Notes: a model not told the origin generated them from the letters alone. 64,000 bases of DNA from Candidatus Woesearchaeota archaeon (GCA_038874135.1 JAVZCZ010000001.1:383097-447096), one strand, 5' to 3'. Counted from the stretch's first letter, positions 8,611-19,537 are shown. Numbers and translations: made by a program.

Positions 8611-9936
8611 TCACCCCGATCTGGCAGTCAAGAATATAACTCCTGAGTAAATGCCCTCTTTTGAATCCGAAGGAACATCTATCCTTATAGATACTGGGAC
8701 AAGTTCAGAAGGGTTGAGATATGGCCCCTCCCGCAGACTTTCGTTTAGAGTTAACATATCTCCCGCACTTTCTGAGAATGATATTGAAACGATACTCGGC
8801 GGAAGTGTTGAGGCTTTACCTGAAAACTCTGTTGAGAAGGCTCCTATCCTGAAAGCCTTATTCCCAAGGTTTGCCAGGGTGGGCCTGTCTGATGTTGAAA
8901 AGTCTGAGTCGCCCAGCCACTCAAAAGATGCTCCGGCGCTTATTGAATCAATCCTTATCTCTTCAGAGTCAAGGCTGAAGGCTATCATAGGCTCGTACTC
9001 AAATGTTAGGGTTGAGTTATATGCCGAACCGCACGGCCCAGCCCTCACAGTGTAATTTCCAGGAGCATCATAGTAATTCATACTTAGATTGGATATCATG
9101 CCCGAATCGGTTCTTATGAATGTAAAGTTTTTATTCACAAATTCATTTGAGAGAATTCCGCAGAATGAGCTGTTGACTGTTGTGTTAATGAATATTTTAA
9201 CCTGTCTGCTTGCTCCTGGCTTGGGTGTTATTTGTATTCCCTCTTTGGTAGGATTCTCATCTTGAAGGAGCAGCAAAGTTGAACCTGTTTGATACATTAC
9301 TGTAAATGTGAGTTGAAGTGAGGCTGAGGGGGTTTTCTCTTCTGCTTGACTTCTGGAATTCTGCGGCTCTGGATAATCTCTTATTATGAAGTCTGCAGAG
9401 TTGTTGTTTGAGTCAATATAATTTCCCCCTGCCGGGATTAGCATTCCGGGTTTCCTCTCAAAACTTTTTCCAGATTGTGGGTTCGGCATTGGAGTGCCCT
9501 CATAGAGTAGGCCATCCATGTTGGAAGGATTTCCCCAGCCAAGAGCATCCAAAATCTCTCCATCAGGGCTTAGAAGGGCAACCCCTGCGTCAGAATTTGC
9601 CAGGGTTATTGCCTCTTCATAATCAGCATCTGGCCAAGAAGAATTGTCTTTAGAGGATGCCCAGCCTGCGTCTGCAATTAGGAAGAATCCGTATGGCGGT
9701 ATGATGGAACCGTTTGGCAGGACTGCATCCCTCGAGGAAGACTTTGTCATTATTGAATACCCGCTTATATCCACTGCAAATCCTTCTGTGTTGTAAAGCT
9801 CAACTGCCTCTCCGCCAGTGTCTGTTAAAACAGGGTCTACTATGACCTCACTTATAAGCACCCTTGCTCCTGCCTGAATTGTGAGGAGCAGAATTATGCA
9901 CAGATAAGCTGCTGGCTTGTAAAGCATTTGCATCAC
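8611..9936 (-). CDS. secreted lamin-tail-domain (LTD) protein
   Basis: Signal peptide followed by the LTD signature RVLISEVIVDPV..TGGEAVELYNTEGFAVDISGYSI. Confidence 0.7.
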   Translation of the reverse strand: MMQMLYKPAAYLCIILLLTIQAGARVLISEVIVDPVLTDTGGEAVELYNTEGFAVDISGYSIMTKSSSRDAVLPNGSIIPPYGFFLIADAGWASSKDNSSWPDADYEEAITLANSDAGVALLSPDGEILDALGWGNPSNMDGLLYEGTPMPNPQSGKSFERKPGMLIPAGGNYIDSNNNSADFIIRDYPEPQNSRSQAEEKTPSASLQLTFTVMYQTGSTLLLLQDENPTKEGIQITPKPGASRQVKIFINTTVNSSFCGILSNEFVNKNFTFIRTDSGMISNLSMNYYDAPGNYTVRAGPCGSAYNSTLTFEYEPMIAFSLDSEEIRIDSISAGASFEWLGDSDFSTSDRPTLANLGNKAFRIGAFSTEFSGKASTLPPSIVSISFSESAGDMLTLNESLREGPYLNPSELVPVSIRIDVPSDSKEGIYSGVIFLTARSG

Positions 9937-10045
9937 CAGAAAGGATTTTGGAAAAGGTTGTTTATAACATTTGATAATGAAATCTCGGAAAGTATTCAGA
10001 AGAATCGGAAAATAATTAAATAGAATGTGATAAGATTATCTTGGG

Positions 10046-11038
10046 ATGAGAGAGGCACTTTTTTATAGAAAGCTGAAAGGCAAAAAGGTTGAGTGCCAGC
10101 TCTGTCCGAGAAAGTGCGTTATTGGTCCTGGAAAGCTTGGATTCTGCAAGGCGCGAAGGAACATCGGCGGAAAGCTCTTTTCGCTTGTTTATGGAATGCC
10201 AGCTGCTCTACACGTAGACCCTGTTGAAAAGAAGCCACTCTTCCACTTTCTTCCAGGCTCTACAGCACTCTCATTAGGCACTACTGGCTGTAATTTCAGC
10301 TGCGACAACTGCCAAAACTTTGAGATTTCACAGAGCCAGCCCGCTGAGTTTGAAGAGGTTAGCCCTGAGAGGATTGTTGAACTGGCAGTTGAACACAGCT
10401 GCAAAAGCATTGCCTTCACATATAATGAGCCCACAGTTTTTTATGAATACATGCTGGACATTGCTCTCTTAGCAAAAAAGAAGGGAGTAAGGTGCATTAT
10501 TGTCAGTAATGGATTTATCAATGAAGCGCCTCTGAAAAAGATCCTACCCATAATTGATGCTGCCAACATAGACCTAAAAGGAGATGCAAATTTTTATAGA
10601 AGGGTGGCTAAAGGCGAGCTTGATCCTGTTTTGAATTCACTTAAGCTATTGCGAAATGCGGGCGTATGGTTGGAAATAACCAACCTGCTTATTCCCGGAT
10701 ACAACGATTCTGAAAAGGATATTGAATGGCTTTCTTCCTGGATTGAACGCAACCTTGGAAGGGATGTGCCATTACACATCTCAAGATTCTTTCCCATGTT
10801 TAGGATGGCTGACGTGCCAATAACTCCAGAGTCGCGCATTGAAGAAGCGTATATGACTGCTAAGAAGCATCTGGACTTTGTGTACACGGGCAACCTATTC
10901 AACGGGAGAGAGGACACCATTTGTCCAAATTGTTCAAACTGCCTAGTCGGGCGCTCCGGCTACTTCATTAGAGAAAACAACATAGAAAGGGGAAAATGCA
11001 AGTTCTGCAGAAGAAAAATTCCCGGAGTATGGGATTAG
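10046..11038 (+). CDS. amrS: AmmeMemoRadiSam-system radical SAM enzyme (PflA-related)
   Basis: N-terminal CQLCPRKCVI..GFCKARRN, DPVEKKPLFHFLPGS, and the radical SAM cluster GCNFSCDNCQN. Confidence 0.8.
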   Translation: MREALFYRKLKGKKVECQLCPRKCVIGPGKLGFCKARRNIGGKLFSLVYGMPAALHVDPVEKKPLFHFLPGSTALSLGTTGCNFSCDNCQNFEISQSQPAEFEEVSPERIVELAVEHSCKSIAFTYNEPTVFYEYMLDIALLAKKKGVRCIIVSNGFINEAPLKKILPIIDAANIDLKGDANFYRRVAKGELDPVLNSLKLLRNAGVWLEITNLLIPGYNDSEKDIEWLSSWIERNLGRDVPLHISRFFPMFRMADVPITPESRIEEAYMTAKKHLDFVYTGNLFNGREDTICPNCSNCLVGRSGYFIRENNIERGKCKFCRRKIPGVWD

Positions 11039-12060
11039 CCCTTTATCCTTGATAGAAACTTATTAAAATCTTCTTTCTTGATGGAAAGCCCGCAGGCATT
11101 ATCGTGCCCTCCACCATAGCCATCCAGTCCTGAGAGCGCCCTCTTTATGTTATCGGGAAGGTTTCCCTTCTTGGAGCGCAAGCTGCACTTGAGATAGCCC
11201 CCCTTCTCTCTACATATTATGTTCATCCTATCGGGAAACCTGTAAAGTATCTCATTGCTCAATTCTCCAGTGAAGCTCATCTTCGTACTTGGATAAATAT
11301 AAACTATAGGGTTGTCGCGCGAATGCTTCTCAAGAATGTCATTTATCAGGGCGTCATATTCCTCCTTAACTTCCAAGTATTTCTTGTAGATGAATCTTCC
11401 TGCAGGAGTTTCCTGCATTAGTATCTCCTGCGGGCTGGTTATTCTTGTAAGTATTTTTATACACCTCATGACCTCAGAGCTTCTGCCTTTAAGTATGAAT
11501 GAGAATATCCTGCTAAGCTCTCCAAGTTTAGTATTAAAGAGCGCATCAGGCGCGTTTAGCATGTTGGGAGGGAGAAGCTGCGGGTATTCCTTTGAAAACT
11601 TTTCCGCAAGCTGCGGGTCTATGAACCAGTCGCCTATCATCCCTACCATGGCAATCCAGAGATCTTCTCCAACAACCTTGTAAGCCCAATAAGATGTTGG
11701 CCTTCCATCTTCTTTATTTTCAATCCTTGGATTATAGTAGCGAGTCCCAGGAAGTCCTGCTGGAAAGTGGTGGTCCAGCCAGATTATTGGCCTGTCACAA
11801 TTCTCAACAAAGTCCGGGCTTAGAAGAGGCTTGTCAAGTATAAACACATAATCTGCATCATACTCGTTGACCTTAGCAGCGTACTCTTCCTTAACCTCTG
11901 GACTTGACTTAACTATTATGCCGCGGCCAAGATGATTGCTCCTGTAAAATAGTAGAAATGAGCATAATCCGTCTGGATCGTCATCAAAAAAGTAGATTGG
12001 GCGCTCAGCTTTGCTCAAATACTCCCTTATCTCTTGAAGTTCTGATTCTGAAAGTGCCAT
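11035..12060 (-). CDS. DHH/DHHA1 family phosphoesterase (RecJ-like)
   Basis: DDDPDGLCS, IIWLDHHFP (DHH motif), and a C-terminal GGGHDNACG (DHHA1 motif). Confidence 0.7.
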   Translation of the reverse strand: MALSESELQEIREYLSKAERPIYFFDDDPDGLCSFLLFYRSNHLGRGIIVKSSPEVKEEYAAKVNEYDADYVFILDKPLLSPDFVENCDRPIIWLDHHFPAGLPGTRYYNPRIENKEDGRPTSYWAYKVVGEDLWIAMVGMIGDWFIDPQLAEKFSKEYPQLLPPNMLNAPDALFNTKLGELSRIFSFILKGRSSEVMRCIKILTRITSPQEILMQETPAGRFIYKKYLEVKEEYDALINDILEKHSRDNPIVYIYPSTKMSFTGELSNEILYRFPDRMNIICREKGGYLKCSLRSKKGNLPDNIKRALSGLDGYGGGHDNACGLSIKKEDFNKFLSRIKG

Positions 12061-12230
12061 TTTTAGAATCTTTCAAAAGATGGCTATATTAATCTTTTGC
12101 TTTTAAAATATTGATAAAGCATTCTGAATTTAGAGGTGTATTAGAAAGCTTTTTAAAGCATATTTGCTTCCTGTTTTTAAGGGTTTTTAGACGGAAAAAC
12201 CATAAAATTTTGAGTGGAGAGAATGGAAAA

Positions 12231-12806
12231 ATGGAAAATGGCTTAACATGGGAAAAAAGCGTTCTGGCGCGTGCCATAATTGAGATACTCGGAGCGCCTA
12301 AGGAGTATTTGCAGGAAGCGATGAAGGCGATTTTGGAAGATATTAAGAAGCATGATTACCTCAAAGTTGAAAGAGAGGAACTTTTTGAGCCGAAAGAGAG
12401 CGGCAAGCTATTCACCTCGTTTATGGAGCTGGAGCTCAGATTTAAGAACCTTGAATATCTATTCGGTTTTTGCATAGATTATCTTCCAGCTTCAATTGAG
12501 ATATTGGAGCCTGAAAGGCTGGAATATGGGGCTGCTGAGCTTACTCAGAGCATAAACGACCTGCTGGCTAAGCTTCACAGAATTGACGCTGCCTTAAAAG
12601 AAAAAACTGCTGAAAACGAAGTACTTGAGAGAAATGCAATGTTACTATTCAGAAACAATGTAATAATAACCCTGGGAGATAAGAAGATGAAAATTAATGA
12701 AATAAGTAGAATGGTTGGAATATCTGAAGAGCAGTTAAAGCCATTCCTGGACATCTGGATTAAGGAAGGTTTTATCAAGTGCGATAATGACTTGTATTAT
12801 GTGTGA
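12231..12806 (+). CDS. hypothetical protein with C-terminal winged-helix-like segment, upstream of scpB
   Basis: Start moved to the ATG at 12231 (the track ORF starts at a TTG at 12111). The C-terminus MKINEISRMVGISEEQLKPFLDIWIKEGFIKCD looks wHTH-like. No ScpA motifs recognised. Confidence 0.45.
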   Translation: MENGLTWEKSVLARAIIEILGAPKEYLQEAMKAILEDIKKHDYLKVEREELFEPKESGKLFTSFMELELRFKNLEYLFGFCIDYLPASIEILEPERLEYGAAELTQSINDLLAKLHRIDAALKEKTAENEVLERNAMLLFRNNVIITLGDKKMKINEISRMVGISEEQLKPFLDIWIKEGFIKCDNDLYYV

Positions 12807-12816
12807 GGGTGCATAA

Positions 12817-13851
12817 ATGGCACACAGAGGTAAGATAGACAATTTTGAAGATTTGAAGAAGAGTGTGGAAGCTGTTCTCTTCGCAGCTGGCAGAAGGATG
12901 AAACTCTCCGAGATTGCCAAGGTAGTAAAACAGAACGAAGAAGATGTAAAAAGTGCGCTTGTAGCACTTATGGATGACTATCAAAAGAATGACTCTCCAA
13001 TGATCATCCTAGAAGAGGGCGAATATTATAAGATGACTGTCAGGGAAAGGTATCTTGGTTATGTGAAGAAGATAGTTCCCAAAACGGACATGAGTAAGAG
13101 CGTGATGGAAACGCTTGCCACAATTGCCTGGAAAGCACCTGTGCTCCAGTCAGAAGTTATAAGGATAAGGACTAACAAGGCGTATGATCACATAGACCAG
13201 CTAGAAGAAGCAGGGTTCATTTCAAAAAAGAAGCAGGGCAAGTCATACTTAATAATGCTCACTCAAAAGTTTTACGACTACTTTGACATTGAAAGTGAAG
13301 GAGAACTGAAAAAGGCATTTAAGAGGATAGACGAGATTGCCAAAAAGTCTAAGCTTGCTGAAGAGCAGGACGCTGAGATGAAAAAGGCGGTAAGCAGTAT
13401 GGAAGTGTATACTGAAGATGGAAAGGAGAAAGAAATCAGAGTTGTAGTTGAACCTGGCGAGCCGAAAAAGCCAGAGGCAATTCTATTTATAGATGAATCT
13501 GCCGTTGAGTCTGAGCCCCAGAAGCTGACTGTTGAAACGCAAAAAAGAGGGGAAAGTGAAGAGGAGAATAAAATTATTGAAAGGATGCTTTCCAACAAAA
13601 ATCAGGAAGTAAAGGATCAGGTTCAAAGTGAAACTCAGAGTTCAAACTTGAATAAGAGTGTTACTGAAATAGAAGAGGGAGCAAAAAATCTTTCAGAGTT
13701 AAACGAGACGCTCTTAGAAAAAGAAAAAACGGATACTTCAGAGCATAAGAAAAAGGCGAAACTTGACTTGTTTGAAGGAGAAGAAGAGCAGGATGAAGAA
13801 GATTCAGAATTGGAAGCTCTTTTCAGAGAAGAAGGAGATAATCAAAAATGA
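12817..13851 (+). CDS. scpB: segregation and condensation protein B with long acidic C-terminal tail
   Basis: VEAVLFAAGRRMKLSEIAKVV ... SKSVMETLATIAWKAPVLQSEVIRIR ... EEAGFI, followed by an E/K-rich tail. Confidence 0.8.
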   Translation: MAHRGKIDNFEDLKKSVEAVLFAAGRRMKLSEIAKVVKQNEEDVKSALVALMDDYQKNDSPMIILEEGEYYKMTVRERYLGYVKKIVPKTDMSKSVMETLATIAWKAPVLQSEVIRIRTNKAYDHIDQLEEAGFISKKKQGKSYLIMLTQKFYDYFDIESEGELKKAFKRIDEIAKKSKLAEEQDAEMKKAVSSMEVYTEDGKEKEIRVVVEPGEPKKPEAILFIDESAVESEPQKLTVETQKRGESEEENKIIERMLSNKNQEVKDQVQSETQSSNLNKSVTEIEEGAKNLSELNETLLEKEKTDTSEHKKKAKLDLFEGEEEQDEEDSELEALFREEGDNQK

Positions 13852-13991
13852 AGAAGGTGTTAGTAGTCAGATGCCCTTTCTGCTCTCACAATATGAAATA
13901 TGCTCCTAAGGAGATGCGTCCATCAAACAGGAAGAGGTGCGTATACTGCGGGAGATATTTCAAAGTTGAAGGAAACTTAGAGGACAGTTAA
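13848..13991 (+). CDS. 47-aa zinc-ribbon micro-protein (hand-translated)
   Basis: [47 protein letters not shown] has CxxC...CxxC. Its ATG overlaps the scpB stop (ATGA) and it ends 1 nt before the gyrA ATG. Confidence 0.5.
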   Translation: MKKVLVVRCPFCSHNMKYAPKEMRPSNRKRCVYCGRYFKVEGNLEDS

Positions 13992-13992
13992 G

Positions 13993-16470
13993 ATGAGTGA
14001 AGAAAAAAATGTTCAAAACAGGGAGATACAGGAAGAGATGACTGCTTCCTACATAGACTATGCAATGTCGGTCATAATAGGAAGAGCACTTCCGGATGTT
14101 AGGGACGGTTTAAAGCCGGTTCACAGGAGAGTTCTGTATTCAATGAGGGAGCTTGGATTATTACACAATAAGCCAACTATGAAATCTGCTAGGATTGTTG
14201 GCGATTGCCTTGGAAAGTATCACCCTCACGGAGACATGGCTGTTTATGATACATTGGTGAGGATGGCTCAGGACTTCTCAATGAGGTATCCCTTAGTCGT
14301 TGGACAGGGCAACTTTGGAAGTATAGATGGGGACAGCCCTGCTGCTATGAGGTATACGGAAGCTAAGCTTTCTAAGATTGCAGAAGAAATGCTTCAAGAC
14401 CTGGATAAGGAATCAGTGGACTTCACGCCAAACTTTGACGGCACTTTAAAAGAGCCGACTGTACTTCCAGCAAAGCTTCCCAATCTTCTAATAAACGGAA
14501 GCTCAGGAATTGCAGTTGGAATGGCAACTAACATACCACCCCACAATCTGAAAGAGGTTGCAGATGCCATAGTCGCTGTTTTAGATAACCCAGGCATAAG
14601 CGTGAAGGAGCTTTGCAGTATTATTAAAGGCCCGGACTTTCCAACTGGCGGGATCATTTACGGAAGGAATGGAATATTAAATGCTTATCTAACTGGCAAT
14701 GGAAAGGTCATAATCAGGGGAAAAACTGAATTTGAAGAGAAGAAAAACAGAAAAGCGATAGTTATAAAGGAGATTCCCTTTGCAGTGCAAAAGTCTCTGA
14801 TTGTTGAGAGTATAGCGGACGCTGTTAGGGATAAGAAGATTCTGGGAATATCAGATATAAGGGATGAGAGCAATAAAGAAGGAATAAGGATAGTTCTAGA
14901 GCTCAAACAGGATGCAAATGAGGAATTCGTGCTCAACCAGCTGTATGCTCATACTCAGCTTCAGTCAAACTTTGGAATAATAATGTTGGCAATAGTGGAT
15001 GGCTCTCCAAAAGTTCTTAACATAAAGCAGATTATAGAGCACTTTATAAGTCACAGGAAGAATGTTATTGAAAGAAGAACGCGCTATGATCTTAAAAAGG
15101 CAGAGGAGAGAAAACACATTTTGGATGGGTTAATAATCGCAATACAGCACATTGAAGAGGTTGTTCAGAAAATAAAGTCTGCAAAGGGAACTGAAGCTGC
15201 TTTAGAAGTGCTTCAGAGGGACTATGCCCTTACTGAAATTCAGGCGAGAGCAATTCTGGATATGAAGCTACAAAGGCTCTCTTCGCTGGAACGGGAGAGG
15301 CTAATTCTGGAAAATGAGGAAGTAACTTCCTTAATAAAGAGGCTCAAAGAGATACTTTCCTCAGAATCGGAGATAATTAAAATAATTAAGGAAGAAACAC
15401 TCACGCTAAAAAGGGAATACGGCGATGAGAGAAGAACTGAAATCGTAGATGTTGAAGATTCTGACTCGGTTATAAACTATGAGGACACCATAAAGAGGGA
15501 AAATACTGTAATAACAATAAGCAAAGACGGCTATATCAAGAGAACATCCCTTTCAGAGTTCAGACTGCAGAAGAGGGGCGGTAAGGGCTTGATAGGTGCA
15601 AACAAGAAGGAAGAAGATCTTATGGAGCTGGTAAGAGTTGTAAACACCCATTCTGACATGCTCTTCTTCACTAACCTTGGAAGGGCGTACAGGATAAAAG
15701 CTTATGAGATTCCCGAATCGGAAAGAAACTCCCGGGGAAGACCTGTTGTAAACTTTATGAATCTTTCTGAAGGAGAAAAAATATCTGAAATGATTGAAGT
15801 TCCAGAATTCTCTGATGGAAAATTTATAATACTCGCGACCAGCAGGGGAATAATAAAGAGATCTAGCCTTTCAGAGTATGATTCACGCAGGGAATCCATA
15901 AAGGCAATAATATTAGATGATAAAGATTTTGTAGTTGGGGCTGCAATAAGTGATGGGAATATGGACATAGTTCTGACCACACGGGAGGGGCTTGCAGCCA
16001 GGTTTAAAGAAGAGGAAGTCAGATGCACCGGCAGGGTTGCTCGCGGCGTGACTGGCATAAAGCTTGGTAGTAACGATTCTGTGATTGACTTGTGTGTAGC
16101 AACTCCTGAAAAATGCCTTCTCAGCGTAACTGAGAAGGGCTTCGGGAAGAGGACTTTTGTTTCTGAGTACAGATTAACTGGAAGAGCTGTTAAAGGGGTT
16201 AGGAATATTAGGATCTCTCAAAAAACCGGGCTGGTCGCTGGAGTAAAGGAGGTTGAAGATGGAGATGAGCTTCTCCTAATAACGAAGGAGGGCAGCTCAA
16301 TAAGGTTCCCAGCAGTTCAGGCTTCTTTAGTGGGCAGAAACGCTCAGGGCGTTAGACTGATAAAGCTTGAACCTAATGACATTGTTGTTTCAGTAGCCAA
16401 GATAAGTAGAGAAGCTGTTTCTGAAGCTCAAGAAGATAAGGAGAATGATAGCACTAAAAATGCCAATTAA
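13993..16470 (+). CDS. gyrA: DNA gyrase subunit A
   Basis: [49 protein letters not shown], and C-terminal beta-pinwheel repeats. Confidence 0.95.
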   Translation: MSEEKNVQNREIQEEMTASYIDYAMSVIIGRALPDVRDGLKPVHRRVLYSMRELGLLHNKPTMKSARIVGDCLGKYHPHGDMAVYDTLVRMAQDFSMRYPLVVGQGNFGSIDGDSPAAMRYTEAKLSKIAEEMLQDLDKESVDFTPNFDGTLKEPTVLPAKLPNLLINGSSGIAVGMATNIPPHNLKEVADAIVAVLDNPGISVKELCSIIKGPDFPTGGIIYGRNGILNAYLTGNGKVIIRGKTEFEEKKNRKAIVIKEIPFAVQKSLIVESIADAVRDKKILGISDIRDESNKEGIRIVLELKQDANEEFVLNQLYAHTQLQSNFGIIMLAIVDGSPKVLNIKQIIEHFISHRKNVIERRTRYDLKKAEERKHILDGLIIAIQHIEEVVQKIKSAKGTEAALEVLQRDYALTEIQARAILDMKLQRLSSLERERLILENEEVTSLIKRLKEILSSESEIIKIIKEETLTLKREYGDERRTEIVDVEDSDSVINYEDTIKRENTVITISKDGYIKRTSLSEFRLQKRGGKGLIGANKKEEDLMELVRVVNTHSDMLFFTNLGRAYRIKAYEIPESERNSRGRPVVNFMNLSEGEKISEMIEVPEFSDGKFIILATSRGIIKRSSLSEYDSRRESIKAIILDDKDFVVGAAISDGNMDIVLTTREGLAARFKEEEVRCTGRVARGVTGIKLGSNDSVIDLCVATPEKCLLSVTEKGFGKRTFVSEYRLTGRAVKGVRNIRISQKTGLVAGVKEVEDGDELLLITKEGSSIRFPAVQASLVGRNAQGVRLIKLEPNDIVVSVAKISREAVSEAQEDKENDSTKNAN

Positions 16471-16473
16471 GCA

Positions 16474-17976
16474 TTATGCAGCTTTAGGGGATTTATTTTT
16501 CTTGCCCTGAGTTTGTCTTGTTCTCTTAGGCTTTATCTTTTTAGCTTCTTCTTCATAAGACCTCATACGTATCTTAGAATAATTCACAGGGTTCCTTATT
16601 TTTTGACAGAGAGAATCTGGAGTGCATATGCCAATATCTGAGTAATACATCTTATTGGAACAGTTAGGCGGGAGGACCTTCCTACCCCTCTTTTTGTATC
16701 TCAATTGAGACCTAACATAGTTTTCACGCAGGGGCTCCTTATTGCTCTTATTCCATTCAAGTATGAGTTTTTCAGCATCTGCATAATCCCAGCCCACGCT
16801 AGAAAGAAAGTTTTCAAGAATGAACAAGGCACGCTTACGCCCGTCAGATAAGCCTTTAAGAATGTTCTGTATGCATGGAGGGAAGAACTCTTTTGGAATT
16901 GCAGAAATTTGCATCTCATCTACAAGGTATTCACCAGCATCTTCTCTTTTAACGAACTCTTTTTCCCTCGTATAAAACTCCCAGTCAAAGGCGTTTTTGA
17001 ACAAAAGTTCTGCTTCTCCTTCAACTGCATGCTCCCGACAGAGGAATTTAAACCTTGAAGGACTAACCTTTTCGGGCTGAGCGTTCTCCCTCTTAAAACT
17101 CATAATCTCTTCAACACCTATTGGAAGGCTTACCAGTCCTGATTTCTCATTTATTGAATAAGCCAACCGGTAAAGGTGTCTAGGCGCTATTAGCACCGTG
17201 TCAATTTCGAGAAATGAACTTATGTTTAGGCGTGGTGGGGGAAGCTCCTTTCCACTACGTATCAAATTCTTATACTCCTCTGGAGAAAGCTGCTTCCAAA
17301 CCCCTTCTGAGTTTAAGAATCCATATTCTATTATCTCTGTTTTTCCAACCTTCTTAGCTATTGCGGAAAAGTCGCTGTTTTCAAACTTAAGTATCATCTC
17401 AGCCAGTTTAGGTTTTATCATCTCAGCAATATAGCGAGCTATTGTGCGCGGCGCTTCCGGGAATAAAAGGCGCACTTCTCTTTTCTCAACACGCCCAGTT
17501 GCAGAAAGTACTGGAACATGCTTTGGAAATGCTTCAAAAGGCACTCCAATGTGAAAACCCTTGTTCCCTGAAAACTTTACGCTGACACTTCTTATTCCTA
17601 ACCTTTTAAGCTGATTAACAACAAGACTTGCTGCCATTCTGGAATATTCAAACTCTCGGCAGTCAATATCTAACACTAAGTCCCATCCCTCTCTTATTGA
17701 ATCTAGGAACTGCCTGTTGGACTCCTGAGTGAGGAGCATCGGATTTTTCCATATTTCTTCTGAAACATGAAAGGAGGTTGCTCCCTCTTTTGCAAACTGC
17801 AATATATCATTAAGGTAGAGGAGCACATCAGGCCGTTTTCCAAATCCTGAGCTTCCATACCTTACTGCCACTTCCCGCTTTGGGCAGTTGTAAAGCATCT
17901 CTTCTTGTATTTCCCTTCTGGAGTAGTATTCCAATACTTTCTTTCTATCCAGAACAGCTTGCTCCTCCATCTTCAT
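16474..17976 (-). CDS. DNA primase, fused PriS catalytic domain + PriL-like C-terminal Cys domain
   Basis: AEP primase motifs LVLDIDC and KFSGNKGFHIGVP. The C-terminal part has PPCIQNILKG...RKRALFIL...PPNCS...CTPDSLC, resembling the Fe-S region of the large subunit. Confidence 0.7.
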   Translation of the reverse strand: MKMEEQAVLDRKKVLEYYSRREIQEEMLYNCPKREVAVRYGSSGFGKRPDVLLYLNDILQFAKEGATSFHVSEEIWKNPMLLTQESNRQFLDSIREGWDLVLDIDCREFEYSRMAASLVVNQLKRLGIRSVSVKFSGNKGFHIGVPFEAFPKHVPVLSATGRVEKREVRLLFPEAPRTIARYIAEMIKPKLAEMILKFENSDFSAIAKKVGKTEIIEYGFLNSEGVWKQLSPEEYKNLIRSGKELPPPRLNISSFLEIDTVLIAPRHLYRLAYSINEKSGLVSLPIGVEEIMSFKRENAQPEKVSPSRFKFLCREHAVEGEAELLFKNAFDWEFYTREKEFVKREDAGEYLVDEMQISAIPKEFFPPCIQNILKGLSDGRKRALFILENFLSSVGWDYADAEKLILEWNKSNKEPLRENYVRSQLRYKKRGRKVLPPNCSNKMYYSDIGICTPDSLCQKIRNPVNYSKIRMRSYEEEAKKIKPKRTRQTQGKKNKSPKAA

Positions 17977-18870
17977 TCACATTGATTCCAAAGCCTTGAT
18001 CCTATCCTCAATCGGCGGGTGAGTGCTGAAGAGGTTAAGGAACCAGTTAGGCTTTTTGAAAGGGTTTGAAAAATACATGTGCTCAACTGCAGGATTCGCA
18101 TCCCTCATCACTTGCTCGTCCTTTGCAATTTTTCTCAAAGCGTTAGCAAGTCCCTTAGGGTATCGGGTCATCAGAGCTGCATCCGCATCTGCCAGGAATT
18201 CCCTCCTGCGCGAGATTGCAAACTTTATGAGCTGGGCTGCAATCACTGAGACGAGCGCAAACACTAGCCCTAATATTGCCATCAATATAAAGCCGCCTTC
18301 ATTTTCACGCCTGTCCCTCCTTGAAGGGCCGAACCAGAAGAATCCTCTAAGTAGCCAATTTGCTAGTATTCCAACCACTCCTACGAGTAGTGCGACCAGC
18401 GTCATGAATCTCATGTCGTAGTTCTTTATGTGGCTTAGCTCGTGAGCTATGACCCCTTGAAGTTCGTCCCGGTTTAGCTTTTCAAGAGCGCCTCTGGTTA
18501 CTGCTATTGAGGCGTGCTTAGGATTTCTTCCAGTAGCAAATGCGTTTATTGCAGCGTCTTCAATTATGTAGACTTTAGGCTTAGGTATGCCCGCGGCTAT
18601 TGAGAGCTCTTCAACTATGTTTAGGAGTTGAGCATTGTCTTTTTTTGAAGCTGGAACCGCCCTGTGAATTGCCAGAACGAGCTGGTCTCCGATGAAATAG
18701 CTAATGGATATTGATATGAGTGCGAAGATTGTGGCTATCACTATCGCAACTGAGCCAAAGCCGAATATGATGTCAAAGAAGTAGCCTAGGCTCCAGATTA
18801 TTAGCAAGAACAGGATTATCAGCATAACTGAGCTTCTCCTGTTTGCAGAGATTCTGTCATAAACGTTCAT
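17977..18870 (-). CDS. htpX: zinc metalloprotease HtpX (M48)
   Basis: HELSHIKNYD, TM segments, and a C-terminal STHPPIEDRI. Confidence 0.9.
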   Translation of the reverse strand: MNVYDRISANRRSSVMLIILFLLIIWSLGYFFDIIFGFGSVAIVIATIFALISISISYFIGDQLVLAIHRAVPASKKDNAQLLNIVEELSIAAGIPKPKVYIIEDAAINAFATGRNPKHASIAVTRGALEKLNRDELQGVIAHELSHIKNYDMRFMTLVALLVGVVGILANWLLRGFFWFGPSRRDRRENEGGFILMAILGLVFALVSVIAAQLIKFAISRRREFLADADAALMTRYPKGLANALRKIAKDEQVMRDANPAVEHMYFSNPFKKPNWFLNLFSTHPPIEDRIKALESM

Positions 18871-18884
18871 GGCTTTTCACCTCC

Positions 18885-19451
18885 CTATCCAGATATGTCA
18901 ATTTTGACATCGCTTTTTGAAGCATCATCTGCCTGAAAGAATTCTGCCGGCTTAAAATTGAATATTCTTGCTATTATGTTGTAGGGGAATTGGTCCAGCA
19001 TCGTATTGTAGTCCATCACGACATCATTATAAAACTGCCTTGCGTAGCCTATCCTGTTCTCCGTTGAAGATATCTCTTCCTGCAATGCTAGGAATTGCTT
19101 GTCAGCTTTCAGCTGAGGGTAGGACTCTGCAACTGCAAAGAAGCTAGATATGCTTTTGGAAAGGCGCTTGTCCGCCTTGGCAACCTCTGAGAATGAGGAA
19201 GCCTTGAGAAATGCGCTTCTCGCTTCAACTATCTCCTTTAAAACACCCTTCTCATAATCTTTGTATCCTTTTACTGCTGCAACGAGTTTAGGGATTAGAT
19301 CAGCTCTCCTCTTGAGCTGCACATCAATCTGTGCGAGTGCATTTTTCACCCTGTTCTTTTTGGTGACAAGTAAGTTATAGATTATTATAAATGCCAAAAC
19401 TAATGTTAATATTAATCCAAAAAAAGCTCCTTTTAAGTCCAATTTTTTCAC
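18885..19451 (-). CDS. lemA: LemA family protein
   Basis: N-terminal TM followed by ...QLKRRADLIPKLV...YPQLKA...L.EEISSTENRI..AR..YN, the typical LemA pattern upstream of htpX. Confidence 0.85.
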   Translation of the reverse strand: MKKLDLKGAFFGLILTLVLAFIIIYNLLVTKKNRVKNALAQIDVQLKRRADLIPKLVAAVKGYKDYEKGVLKEIVEARSAFLKASSFSEVAKADKRLSKSISSFFAVAESYPQLKADKQFLALQEEISSTENRIGYARQFYNDVVMDYNTMLDQFPYNIIARIFNFKPAEFFQADDASKSDVKIDISG

Positions 19452-19537
19452 CCCGCAAATCAGATATTCTACAGTTGGCTTATAAACTTTTCCTAACTTA
19501 GTTTAAAATTCTAATATTAGAAAAAATTAGAGAAGTC

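Noticed and set aside
10046-11038. AmmeMemoRadiSam three-gene system
   Set aside because: Only the radical SAM member is present here. AMMECR1 and Memo-like partners are not in the window, so nothing can be concluded.
12231-12806. Gene upstream of scpB considered as ScpA (kleisin)
   Set aside because: Position and a C-terminal winged-helix-like segment fit, but I cannot see the conserved N-terminal ScpA motif. Left as hypothetical.
14394-14936. Antisense or alternative-frame track ORFs inside larger genes (e.g. 14394-14657 and 14685-14936 within gyrA; likewise 567-857, 8651-9055, 22955-23269, 56529-57627 and many others)
   Set aside because: They lie fully within well-supported genes on the opposite strand or another frame. 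Their composition is low-complexity or biased and they carry no motifs.
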